Assembly: GCA_016840085.1 (NCBI GenBank)
Contig: JAEOTA010000081.1
Span: forward strand, 207,562 to 271,561
Length of the DNA: 64,000 nt
Source: Promethearchaeota archaeon
GTDB lineage: Archaea > Asgardarchaeota > Lokiarchaeia > Sigyniarchaeales > SOKP01
Direction: 5' to 3'
The position numbers and the translations under genes are program-made. The number at the start of each line of letters is the position of its first letter. Positions within the stretch are counted from its first letter, which is position 1. Of this stretch, positions 1 to 10,350 are shown one piece after another. The notes below the pieces were generated by a model, which made no database searches, had not been told where the DNA came from, and was given only the letters and a program-made list of their open reading frames with translations.

Positions 1-1
1 A

Positions 2-1003
2 ATAAATAATTGGTATTATCAAACACTATTTAAAAATGCTTCATTAGTTTTAAGAAATTTCTTAAATACTTATCCTATAGACATAATACATATACATTCA
101 TCCTCATTTTATGGTAAATATGGGGGAAAAGTCGCTAAAGAATACAAGATTCCTTTTATTTATGAACTTCGAGGATTTCTAGAGGATACTCATGTGGGAT
201 TAGGTATTCTAAAAGAAAATTCTTTTATATATCATAGAAAACAAGAAAAAACCTATTCAATATTAAAAAAAGCAGATGTCATTATAACGCTTGGAGAACC
301 TATGAAAAACGAATTAATATGCCACGGTTTTGATAAAAATAAAATTATCATAATTCCAAATGGCGTAAATACTCAAAAATTTAAACCAATACCACCAAAT
401 TTACATCTAAAGAAAAATTTATCAATTGAAAATGATTATATTCTTGGATATATTGGTTCTATAAGAAGAATTGAAGGGATTGAGATTCTGCTAATGGCAT
501 TAAAATTAATAAAGAAGAAAATCAATAATATAAAACTATTATTAATAGGACCTTATAATTATGATTATCTCCAAGATTTAATCACATTAACTGAAAAATT
601 AAATATTAAAAAGAATATTTTAATTATCGGTAAAATTCCAAATTCAAGAATACAAGAATATTATTCAATACTAGATATATGTATTATTCCACGGTTAAAT
701 TTAAAAGTAAATCGTTTAGTAACTCCATTAAAACCATTAGAAGTTATGGCAATGGGAAAAGTCTTAATAACTAGTAATCTTCCAGCTCTAAGAGAACTTG
801 TAAAACCGAAAATCTCTGGAATTTTATTTGAAGCTGAAAATCATCAAGATTTATCAGAAAAAATACTTGAAGTTTTAAATGATGAGAATAAAAGGAACAA
901 TCTAGGAAAGAGTGCAAGACAATTTGTTGAAGACAATTATGACTGGAAAATTATAATAAAGAAGTATTTTTCTATTTATCAAGAACTAATAAATAAAAGA
1001 TAA
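2..1003 (+). CDS. Glycosyltransferase family 4 (GT-B), 5'-truncated by window edge
   Basis: The frame is open from base 2 (…DIIHIHSS…KIPFIYELRG…), upstream of the tracked start at 194. Motifs IIPNGVN, GYIGSIRRIEG and PLKPLEVMAMGK. Confidence 0.9.
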   Translation: MNNWYYQTLFKNASLVLRNFLNTYPIDIIHIHSSSFYGKYGGKVAKEYKIPFIYELRGFLEDTHVGLGILKENSFIYHRKQEKTYSILKKADVIITLGEPMKNELICHGFDKNKIIIIPNGVNTQKFKPIPPNLHLKKNLSIENDYILGYIGSIRRIEGIEILLMALKLIKKKINNIKLLLIGPYNYDYLQDLITLTEKLNIKKNILIIGKIPNSRIQEYYSILDICIIPRLNLKVNRLVTPLKPLEVMAMGKVLITSNLPALRELVKPKISGILFEAENHQDLSEKILEVLNDENKRNNLGKSARQFVEDNYDWKIIIKKYFSIYQELINKR

Positions 1004-1415
1004 AAAGTTAAATTTTACACTAAAATTTAAACCCAAATAAAAGAATTAAATTTCCTCGGGAATTCTCTTAATCTTTCTTAGAATTGATAGTAAAAATTGG
1101 AATAATCATTGAAAAATAAATTTTTTGATTAAAATTTTATATAAAACATATTTTAGAAATAGAAATTTTAAGGAGTAAGATTAAATAAAGTTCTACTATT
1201 TTTAAATTTCTCATCCAGTTTATCTTTATCTTGACAAGAGTTTTCAAATAAAAAATTCACAAATTAAGTTGAATCATAATTACAATAAAATTTTTTTTAC
1301 CTTTAATCTTTTTAATAGGATCATTAAATTTAAATTAGTTTTTTTAACTTCTAATATCAAAATTTTGATAAATTTATTCTAAAGGAATAAATATCATTCA
1401 GAATTATCTTTTTTT

Positions 1416-2627
1416 ATGGTTTTGCTAAACCAGATAAAAAATATAATAGATTTATTTTTAGATTTTATATTATCAATAGATTTCATTACTTTCCTTGTTA
1501 TCTTTGTATTTTTATATAATTTATTAATCTATCTAATCAGAGATAAGATTTATATTAGAAGTTTTAAGCAATATAAAGATCCTAAAGTTGTAAGTATATC
1601 TGACTTAAAAGATTTACCTCTTGTAAATATTATTATCCCTGCTTGGAAAGAGGGAAAATTGTTTGAGGATTGTTTATTATCTATTACTAAGTTAAATTAT
1701 CCATATTTAAAAGTCATTATAAGCGCAGGGGGTAATGAAGAAACAATTCAAATAGTTAATTCATTTAAAAAATTCAAAAATTTTATTATTTTAAAACAAA
1801 AACCTGGGGGAAAAATGAAGGCATTGAATGATTGTTTAAAATATGTATCTGAAGGAATTATCTATTCAATTGATGCTGATGTAATCTTGAATAATGAAAT
1901 TCTAATAAGAATGCTTTATCCTTTAGTAAATATAAATCAATATGTAACAGCAGGTAGTGTGAGACCTTTAAAATTTCAAGAAAATATCGATATTGTTAAA
2001 TATATGCTTATAAATCGAAATACAAATTTTCGAATTAAATTTTCAAGATTAGGAAGGGCTGATATATCTGGACCTAATAGTTGTTTCAAATATGAAGTTA
2101 TTGAAAAAGTTGGTAATTTTTTGGATGATAAATTATTTCTTGCGTCAGATAGATTTAGAGGACCTCTAATATTCTCCAAAGGATATAAAATATATTGGTT
2201 AACTGATTATCGAGGAAAAATTTTTACTTACTTTCCTGACTCATTAAAAAAATATTTCTTACAGGAATTTCGCTGGAGAATAAATTCATTAACAAATCCT
2301 TATATGAAAAAAAAGGTGAAAATTTATATTAAATTTTTAATTTCTTTTTTAATTTCTCTGTATCTTTTAAGCTCTCCATTCTTCATTTTTTTTAATATAA
2401 ATTTAGCCTTAATAGGTCTTATTATGTTATTAAGTAAATATTTAAAGAAACTAAGAAGAATTGTATTTTTTAAGAGAACAACTAATAAAAATTTTTATGA
2501 AAAATTTGGGCTCCTTTTTTTCTTAAAATTAGTGATTTTTATATATATAGATGAGATATTAACTTTTTATTTAGGTATTAATTTGTTAATTACTCGAAAT
2601 AAGCAACCCAAAATAAAGATAAAATAA
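1416..2627 (+). CDS. Membrane-bound glycosyltransferase family 2 (cellulose/PNAG-synthase-like)
   Basis: N-terminal TM, PLVNIIIPAWKE, GKMKALN, DAD, a QxxRW-like motif (QEFRW) and C-terminal TMs. Confidence 0.85.
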   Translation: MVLLNQIKNIIDLFLDFILSIDFITFLVIFVFLYNLLIYLIRDKIYIRSFKQYKDPKVVSISDLKDLPLVNIIIPAWKEGKLFEDCLLSITKLNYPYLKVIISAGGNEETIQIVNSFKKFKNFIILKQKPGGKMKALNDCLKYVSEGIIYSIDADVILNNEILIRMLYPLVNINQYVTAGSVRPLKFQENIDIVKYMLINRNTNFRIKFSRLGRADISGPNSCFKYEVIEKVGNFLDDKLFLASDRFRGPLIFSKGYKIYWLTDYRGKIFTYFPDSLKKYFLQEFRWRINSLTNPYMKKKVKIYIKFLISFLISLYLLSSPFFIFFNINLALIGLIMLLSKYLKKLRRIVFFKRTTNKNFYEKFGLLFFLKLVIFIYIDEILTFYLGINLLITRNKQPKIKIK

Positions 2628-2717
2628 ATTTAGAATCCTTCTTAAAATCAATAATTATATAAAAAGCAAAAGTTATTTTGACTTTTATAATCTCTATAAA
2701 TATAGGAAGATTTAACC

Positions 2718-3625
2718 TTATTGTTTGAATACTACATCAGTTGTATTAACCAAATCTCTAATATCAATTCGCTTTCTCTCATCAAGAGATAATGCGTTAT
2801 AAGAATATTTTTTCATAAATATGTGTAAATCTTCTATTTTATATCCCAATAATGGATAAGCTTTAGGAGCAATTTCAACAATAATAGGTGGCAACTTTTC
2901 TTTATTATTCTCAAAATATGAAGCTAATCCTTTCAAAACTGGAAATTCGAATCCTTCCACATCGATTTTTATAAGGGAAATCTTTTCAATATTCTTTTCA
3001 AATATATAATCGTTTAAACATTTAACTCTAACTTTAATAGTGTTTTCGATTTCATTTGTGTTCATAAATCCACGTACCATTGTATTCCAGCCCTTATTTT
3101 TTTATTTAAATCAATATTAGATATTCCTTCTGTTTCACCTAAAGCATAATTGTTTACAAATATTTGATGATTTTTATTTAAATGAGAGAATTCCAATAGT
3201 TTTTCGAAATATACAGGCACCGGCTCAAAACTGTGAACTTGTCCTTTTTTGCCAACAAGTCCTGTTCCAATAGCAGTTATATATCCTATGTGTGCTCCTA
3301 CATCTATAAAAATATCTCCTTTTTTAAGATATTTTAATAAAACACTTACTAATCTTGTTGAATATAATCCTAAATATAAAACCCTCATTCTCGGATAATT
3401 TTCAAAGTTAAAGATATAAGTTATTCCATTAAGCTTCCTTTGAATCTAATTTAACTTTATTTTTGGGAATTCCTGAATTATTTAAGTAGAAAGAGATTTA
3501 CAGATATTAATTAATTCTTTAAAATAATAAATTGGGTTTTGAATTAATATCGAAATTTGTTTAAAAAGTATTTTGCAATAATCGGGTAAATTTCTCAGAT
3601 ATTTTCTTCCTATCTTATTAATCAT
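2718..3625 (-). pseudogene. FkbM-family methyltransferase, frameshifted and decayed
   Basis: IDVGAHIG/SFEP lie in 3062-3388 and KIDVEGFE in 2718-3080. The two join across an A7 run at about 3097-3103 (adding one A gives DLNKKNKGWNTMVRGF). The upstream 3389-3625 has in-frame stops and another frameshift. Confidence 0.8.
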
Positions 3626-3798
3626 TTCATATTTCTCATCTGTAATTGGAAATTTAACTTATATTTCAATTATAATAATCATAGAGTCTTATATTTTACT
3701 ATTTAAATAAAATAACAAAAATTTTTTTTGATTTTAAATATTTATTTGAATAAGAACTCTTTTATAGAATTAACTTATCCTTAATATGAGATTATAAG

Positions 3799-5031
3799 AT
3801 GAATTTAAAATCCCTACATAGAATATTAAATAAATATGATTATTTTAAACAAAATAAACTCTATACAATTACAAGAAAAATTATTTTTCCCTTTATCTTA
3901 AAAGTAGTATCAAAACTCTTTCAAAGCAAGATAGATGATAAATTAATTGTAATGAGCGCTTATGGAGGTTATGAATACTTAGATAATACAAAATACCTAT
4001 TTGAATTTCTAAACAGATACTCAGACTATAAGTTAGTTTGGATTACAAGATCTCAAGAAGTACTAAATAAATTAAGAAAAAAGGGACATAAAGCGGTATA
4101 TAATTATGATTTAGAGGCGATTCGTCTATTAAGAAAAGCTAAATTTATTTTTATTACTCATGGATATGTTGACATCTTACCTATAGAATTTTCTCCAGGA
4201 ACTATTGTTATTTTTACTTGGCATGGAACCCCAATTAAAAAAATGGATGAATCTCCCATCTATGATAAATGGAGTGATTTTTTTCATTTAAAACTGAAAT
4301 ACGATCAATATGTAGATTATATGTTAACACCTACAAAAGATAAAAGAGAACATAAAATTTTAAGCAAAGCATTTAAATTATCTCTTAAAAAAATTTTACC
4401 TCTTGGTTATCCTAAATTAGATCTTCTTTTTAATAAGGATGAAAATTTTATTACAAATTTAAAAAAATCCTATCAAATTCCTGATAATATTGATAAAATA
4501 ATTCTATATTGTCCTACTTATAGGCAAAATTTTACATTAAATTTTCCTTTTAAACCTGAACATTTAAAGAAATTAAATGATTTACTTGATAATACTAATT
4601 CTCTTTTTCTCATAAAGGCTCATATGTTTGTACAAAATATAAAATTTAAAAATTATGGGAACATAAAAGTCGTTCCTAAAACGGCAAATATAGAAGAACT
4701 ATACTTAATAACTGATATTCTCATAACAGACTATTCCTCAACAATGCTAGATTTCTCTTTACTAAATAGGCCAATTCTTTTATTTCCTTATGATTATGAT
4801 GAATATTTAAAAGAAATTGGTTTATATTATAATTTAGAAGATATTGCTCCAGGACCGATTTTTTTTGATGTTGATAATTTAATAGAAAGTATAAAAAACA
4901 TTTCCCAAATCGATAAGAATTACAAAGAAAAGAGAAAAAATATTCGGGATCGTTTTAATAAATATGTCGATGGAAAATCAACGGAAAGATTATTAGACTT
5001 TTTAAAAATTGATTATCGCAGGGCTATTTAA
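3799..5031 (+). CDS. CDP-glycerol glycerophosphotransferase family (TagB/TagF-like)
   Basis: Motifs DNTKYLFE, TWHGTPIKK, GYPKLD, ILYCPTYR and ILITDYSS. Confidence 0.9.
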   Translation: MNLKSLHRILNKYDYFKQNKLYTITRKIIFPFILKVVSKLFQSKIDDKLIVMSAYGGYEYLDNTKYLFEFLNRYSDYKLVWITRSQEVLNKLRKKGHKAVYNYDLEAIRLLRKAKFIFITHGYVDILPIEFSPGTIVIFTWHGTPIKKMDESPIYDKWSDFFHLKLKYDQYVDYMLTPTKDKREHKILSKAFKLSLKKILPLGYPKLDLLFNKDENFITNLKKSYQIPDNIDKIILYCPTYRQNFTLNFPFKPEHLKKLNDLLDNTNSLFLIKAHMFVQNIKFKNYGNIKVVPKTANIEELYLITDILITDYSSTMLDFSLLNRPILLFPYDYDEYLKEIGLYYNLEDIAPGPIFFDVDNLIESIKNISQIDKNYKEKRKNIRDRFNKYVDGKSTERLLDFLKIDYRRAI

Positions 5032-5040
5032 AATTTTATT

Positions 5041-6210
5041 TTAAGCAATTATATTAATAAAATTTCTAAACATTTCAATTTCTTTGGAAATTGAATATTT
5101 CTGCATAGCATATTCTTTTGCTAAATTTTGTAATTCTTTCACTTTTCTCGGGTTTTCTAACCATAATTTATATAATTCTTTAAATTTTTCTTTAAATTCT
5201 TCTTTATTTAAATTCTGAAGAAAAAACGCAAAATTTTTTCCTTTTAATATCTCAATTGAACCTACTGTCTTTGTACAAATAATTATCAATTTTGATGCTA
5301 GTGCTTCTATTATCACTCTACCAAATGGTTCCTTGCGAGAAGAGAATAAAAATATATCATTTTTTTTAATAGCTTCTGCTAATTCCTCCTGAGTTAGATA
5401 TCCTAAAGAGCTAATAAAATTTGGAAATTTTTTTTCTAATCTTTCAACCTCTGGTCTTAAAGGTCCAACACCTATTATTTCAAAAAATAGTTTGAGATCT
5501 TTATTTTGATTTAAGAACTCTTCAATTGCTTTTAATAAAACACCAACTCCTTTGTGCATATCATCGAGAAAACCCATATAGACAAATTTTAAGACATCAC
5601 TTCTCCTCTTCTCTTTATCATTATCATCAAACTTATCTAATTCTAATCCTTCGATTAAGAAAACCACTTTTTTCTTCTCAAAAAAATTTTCAAGGTATTT
5701 TTTAGTATGAAGTGATATCGTATGATGATATACATTTTTTTTAATAAGAGAAAAAAATAATATAGAAATTCGATATGTCAGATTATAGATTGATATTTTT
5801 TTTTCACTATGTAAAGGTTTATGATATCCAATAATTAATTTATTTCGAGGATTTAATATCTTAGTAAACAATAAAATCAGATTTATTTTAAAATTACCAG
5901 CACTGGTATAGATGATATCATTTTCTCTAACCTTCTTCATTAATTTTATTACTGTCCGAGGATAAGGAAAATTAAATTTTTTATTCAAAATGTTAAGTTG
6001 AGCAAATTTCAATTGAGAATTTCTTTTTACTCCACGTAATCTTTTTTCAATTTCTTCTTTCCATAAAAATTTCTTATTAAGTAGGATATTTGTATCTATC
6101 AGAGTTACTTTATAATAATCTTGTAATCCAGCAGCTAATTCTATAAAAAAGATTTCGCCTCCTCTTCCGTTTTCCAAAGCAATTTTAGAGAAAACTAATA
6201 TTTTTAACAT
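5041..6210 (-). CDS. Glycosyltransferase family 4
   Basis: Motifs GGE, HKGVGVLLKA and EPFGRVIIEALAS. Confidence 0.85.
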   Translation of the reverse strand: MLKILVFSKIALENGRGGEIFFIELAAGLQDYYKVTLIDTNILLNKKFLWKEEIEKRLRGVKRNSQLKFAQLNILNKKFNFPYPRTVIKLMKKVRENDIIYTSAGNFKINLILLFTKILNPRNKLIIGYHKPLHSEKKISIYNLTYRISILFFSLIKKNVYHHTISLHTKKYLENFFEKKKVVFLIEGLELDKFDDNDKEKRRSDVLKFVYMGFLDDMHKGVGVLLKAIEEFLNQNKDLKLFFEIIGVGPLRPEVERLEKKFPNFISSLGYLTQEELAEAIKKNDIFLFSSRKEPFGRVIIEALASKLIIICTKTVGSIEILKGKNFAFFLQNLNKEEFKEKFKELYKLWLENPRKVKELQNLAKEYAMQKYSISKEIEMFRNFINIIA

Positions 6211-6565
6211 TTTATGAAAAGATGTATATGAATATTATCTATTGATTTTAATTAAGTTAATTTTGTAATATATTTTTAAAAGTTTATAATTTTGATACAT
6301 ATAGATTTTCAAATGATTACAAATTGAAAAATTCATTGATTAAATAAATATTAGATAAATTCTAAAATTATTTTAAGAACTATTAGTGAAAATTATTAGA
6401 TCATGATACTTTAATAGTGAAGGGAGAAAATAACCATCTTTTAAAAATCTTAAAGGCTTCACACACCAATCCAAAAAACTTAAAAAATACAAGATTTATT
6501 AATATTTTCTAAAAAATTTAATAATTAAGTTAAAAATTAATCTATAATTTCTCTTAATAAATATT

Positions 6566-7717
6566 ATGAATGATCTTATACCTATTGAGAGAGTATTAGA
6601 AGAAAATATTAGAGTCAAAGAACTTGAAAGACAAGGATTCATAATAAAACCTGACAATATTGAAATCTATATAAAAGAATTTGAAAATCGAACTAGTGTT
6701 TTGCCAGATGAGAATTACTGGAGAGAAAAAAGGGTTCTTATTACTGGAATCAGTGGTTTTGCTGGAAGTCATTTAGCAGAACAACTATTAGATTTAGGAT
6801 GTGAGGTACATGGAACCATTCGAAGACATGCTGTTCCAATGCATGAAAATATTGAACATTTGAGAGGAAAAATATATTTACATGAAGCAGATATTACGAG
6901 TGCTGAACGTATACTTAGTATATTTGAAAAAATTCGACCTAATGCTGTTTTTCATTTAGCAGCAGAATCTTTTGTTCCAACTTCTTTTCGAGAGCCTGTG
7001 AGGGTAAGTCATAATAACATTGTAGGCACAATTAAAATATTTGAAGCAGCACGGAGATTCGATGACGGCTTAGAAAGTGTTCATGTTGCCTGTAGTAGCG
7101 AGCAATATGGATTAGTTGATCCAAATGAGGTTCCAGTTGTAGAAGATTTAAAAAAAAATCCTTTTAGACCAAGAAGTATTTATGCTATATCTAAAGTTGC
7201 GACAGAACAGATTGCTTGGTTATATCATAATTCATATAGCGTACCAAGTATAATTACTCGAGGATTTAATCATGAAGGACCTAGAAGAGGAATACAATTT
7301 GTCACAAGCGTCATTCATCGACAAATTGTTGAAATCATGAATAACAAGAGAAAAAAAATTATTATTGGAAACCCAAATGCTATTCGTGATTTTACTCATG
7401 TTAAAGACACGGTTAATGCTTATATTTTAGTTAGTGAGAAAAAAAAATACGGTGAACCCTTTAATGTTTGTTCAGGAAAAGGTATTACAATAGCAGACTA
7501 TGTAAAGTTGGCCAAAAGAGTCTTTAATATTAAAGTAGACGTGTTTGTAGATCCCAAACGTAAGCGACCAAGTGAGGTTCCTTTATTAATAGGGAAAAAT
7601 GATAAAATTGTAAAATCGATAGGATGGCGACCCGTAAGATCAATTCTTGATATTATTAAAGAAGGTGTCGAATATTTCCAACAACATCCAGAACAGTTAG
7701 GTATTGAAGCTCATTAA
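6566..7717 (+). CDS. gmd: GDP-mannose 4,6-dehydratase / extended SDR
   Basis: Motifs ITGISGFAGSHL, HLAAESFVPTSF, YAISK, FNHEGPRRG and RDFTHV. Confidence 0.8.
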   Translation: MNDLIPIERVLEENIRVKELERQGFIIKPDNIEIYIKEFENRTSVLPDENYWREKRVLITGISGFAGSHLAEQLLDLGCEVHGTIRRHAVPMHENIEHLRGKIYLHEADITSAERILSIFEKIRPNAVFHLAAESFVPTSFREPVRVSHNNIVGTIKIFEAARRFDDGLESVHVACSSEQYGLVDPNEVPVVEDLKKNPFRPRSIYAISKVATEQIAWLYHNSYSVPSIITRGFNHEGPRRGIQFVTSVIHRQIVEIMNNKRKKIIIGNPNAIRDFTHVKDTVNAYILVSEKKKYGEPFNVCSGKGITIADYVKLAKRVFNIKVDVFVDPKRKRPSEVPLLIGKNDKIVKSIGWRPVRSILDIIKEGVEYFQQHPEQLGIEAH

Positions 7718-7764
7718 ATTTCGAATTTTTTGAATATTCTTCTTAAAAACCTTAACATCTTTTT

Positions 7765-8970
7765 TTATATGTTTATTTTAAGGTCTAGAAATTCAGCAAT
7801 CCGTTTGCAAGAATTTCCATCATGGAATTTATTGACAAGTTCATTCACATTTCTTCTTCGTTCTTCATATTCAGGAGACCATTGTTCAATAGTTTTTAAA
7901 TGATGAATCAAATTTGAAATATTATAAACAATTGGTGCTGGAATAAATTTTTCATAATCATGATAATATAATCCACGTTCATTTTTGTAAAATTCAAGGT
8001 CATATGGGAATGAAATAATCGGTTTGTTATCAATTAATAAAAAATCAAACATGATTGAAGAATAATCAGATATTAATACATCTGATATTAATAATAGTTC
8101 TTGAGGGTCTGAATAAGAATCGGGTATTATAATATGGTCTAAATCTAAATTATCAATTTCTTTTACAAATACATGTGTTTTAAATATTAATATTGAATTG
8201 TTTTCTTTTAAAAAATTATTTAGTGTAACCATATCAGTTTTAGAAAACGGCATTTTTGCAATACGATTTTCCCTAAACGTTGGGGCATACAATATAATTT
8301 TTTTAATTTCTTTTGAAATTCCTTGTTGTTCTTTAAAAATATTAATTTCTGATGCAGTTTTATTATATAAGAAATCATGTCTTGGATACCCCGTTATAAT
8401 AATTTTTTCTGAAGGCACTCTGTATGCGCTTTTCATTTTTTGTTTATCATCTTCTGATGTGGCTAAAATATAAGAAATTTCTTTGGAAAACATTTGAAGT
8501 ACCTGGAAATTATATCTATTAAATCTTGTTGTTGGTGAATCAAATCCAACTTTTTTAATTGCACTTCCATGCCACGTAAGAATAAGTTTTGTTTTTTTTG
8601 AAAATTTAATAGGTAGGACATCACCTTCACCATGTGTTACAAAAACACATCTTGCATTTCTTAATTTTGAAAAAGCCTTGAAAGAAAATGCATAAAGAGA
8701 TTTTAATTCCATCTTATTCAGTTTCTTTACAATTTCTTTTGACCTTGAGATCCAAATACATTCGTAATTGGAAAATTTATTAAGATATAAAAACAAGTAT
8801 TTTGTATTTCCGATAAAAGATTTTCCAAGATAACCTCCAAATATTAATAAATTATTGTCTATTTTAGATATTTTTAATCTAGAAATTAATCTTAAGCCTT
8901 TCAGAAGTGATATTTTTGCAAAATACTTAAAAAACTTAGAAATTTTACTAATCATTGTTTTCTTCAACAT
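7765..8970 (-). CDS. Second CDP-glycerol glycerophosphotransferase family protein
   Basis: Motifs GNTKYLF, TWHGSAIKK, TGYPRHD, LYAPTFR and ISDYSSIMFDF. Confidence 0.9.
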   Translation of the reverse strand: MLKKTMISKISKFFKYFAKISLLKGLRLISRLKISKIDNNLLIFGGYLGKSFIGNTKYLFLYLNKFSNYECIWISRSKEIVKKLNKMELKSLYAFSFKAFSKLRNARCVFVTHGEGDVLPIKFSKKTKLILTWHGSAIKKVGFDSPTTRFNRYNFQVLQMFSKEISYILATSEDDKQKMKSAYRVPSEKIIITGYPRHDFLYNKTASEINIFKEQQGISKEIKKIILYAPTFRENRIAKMPFSKTDMVTLNNFLKENNSILIFKTHVFVKEIDNLDLDHIIIPDSYSDPQELLLISDVLISDYSSIMFDFLLIDNKPIISFPYDLEFYKNERGLYYHDYEKFIPAPIVYNISNLIHHLKTIEQWSPEYEERRRNVNELVNKFHDGNSCKRIAEFLDLKINI

Positions 8971-9425
8971 TTTTAATTTTTGGATTGTCTAAGTAAGTAA
9001 AATCTATTTTTTTTGATAAAACTAAATTTCCTTGAAATTTTTTTATAAAAGATCTCCAATCATACAAATATATCTTTAATTATGAGTCATAATAGTATAA
9101 TCTACATGTAATAAGAATTTTTAACAAAAAAATTTAATTCTTCTAATATTGTGTATAATTAACATTTAAATATCATCAATTTTGAAATTAGAAATGCTAA
9201 TTTAACAGAAAACCACGTTTATTATTAGCATAAAGATTAAGATTTATTAAAAGAAAAAAGAAGCTTTTCTTTTAAAAGTAGAGTAATTTTCGCCAAACTC
9301 ATAGTAGAAATTAAATCTATCTATTGTTTTTGCATGTTTTATCAAAAATTCTTTATACATCTTTATTTCTTTAGAAATTGAGTATTATTGGAATGCATTT
9401 TCTTTAGTTAAATATACTTATGCTA

Positions 9426-9472
9426 AATATTTTCAAGAACATCCAGAACAATTAGGCACCGATGTGCATTAA
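9426..9472 (+). repeat. Relic copy of the gmd 3' end (direct repeat of 7671-7717)
   Basis: 38/47 nt identical to 7671-7717. It encodes YFQEHPEQLGTDVH* versus YFQQHPEQLGIEAH* in gmd. Confidence 0.85.
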
Positions 9473-9547
9473 ATCTTTTCAAATTTAAAAAAATATTATT
9501 TACGATTTTCTTTTTATAGATAAAAATTTTATCTTTTAAGGAAAAGG

Positions 9548-10264
9548 CTATAAATTTAATACATTTTTTTGTATTTTTATTAATTCTAAAATACCTTTTT
9601 CCCCTAACTCCATTATTTCATTTAACTTCTTTTTAGTGAAAGTAGCACTTTCAGCGGTTCCTTGAATTTCAATAATTTCGGAATCTTCATTCATTACTAA
9701 ATTAAAATCAACATCAACCTTAGAATCCTCAACATAATTCAAATCAAGTGAGATATTATCATCTTTTATACCTAATGAAATTGCTGCAATAGTTTTGTAA
9801 TCTGGAAATTCATATATTAATTGTTGATCATACATATAGTTAATAGCATCAAAAACGGCTACAAATGCACCTGTAATTGAAGCACATCTAGTACCTCCAT
9901 CTGCTTGTATTACATCACAATCTATCCTGATTGTACGCTCCCCAAGTTTTTCATAATTGAAAGCGGCACGCATAGATCGTCCAATTAGTCTTTGAATCTC
10001 CATAGATCTTCCTCTATAAGTCTCTCTTTGATTTCTGATTTGTGTTGCTCTAGGTAACATCGAATATTCTGCGGTTATCCATCCTGTTCCTGTGTCTACT
10101 AAAAATCTTGGAACCGATTCTGTCACTGATGCCGTCACAATTATTTTTGTATGTCCTTGAGTTATTAGTACTGAACCTTCAGGATATTTAAGATAATTAC
10201 GTTCAATAGTAGTCTTTCTTAACTCATCATATTTGCGACCATCAAACCTTATTTTCTGATCCAT
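9548..10264 (-). CDS. rph: Ribonuclease PH, bacterial type
   Basis: Motifs GWITAEYSMLPRAT, EIQRLIGRSMRA, IDCDVIQADGGTR and EIQGTAE. Confidence 0.9.
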   Translation of the reverse strand: MDQKIRFDGRKYDELRKTTIERNYLKYPEGSVLITQGHTKIIVTASVTESVPRFLVDTGTGWITAEYSMLPRATQIRNQRETYRGRSMEIQRLIGRSMRAAFNYEKLGERTIRIDCDVIQADGGTRCASITGAFVAVFDAINYMYDQQLIYEFPDYKTIAAISLGIKDDNISLDLNYVEDSKVDVDFNLVMNEDSEIIEIQGTAESATFTKKKLNEIMELGEKGILELIKIQKNVLNL

Positions 10265-10350
10265 TGAAAATATACCATTTTTTAGTAAAAAAAGTATATA
10301 GATATATTTTTTGTAAAGTAAAAAAGTTACTAAAAATGAATTGAATTCTG

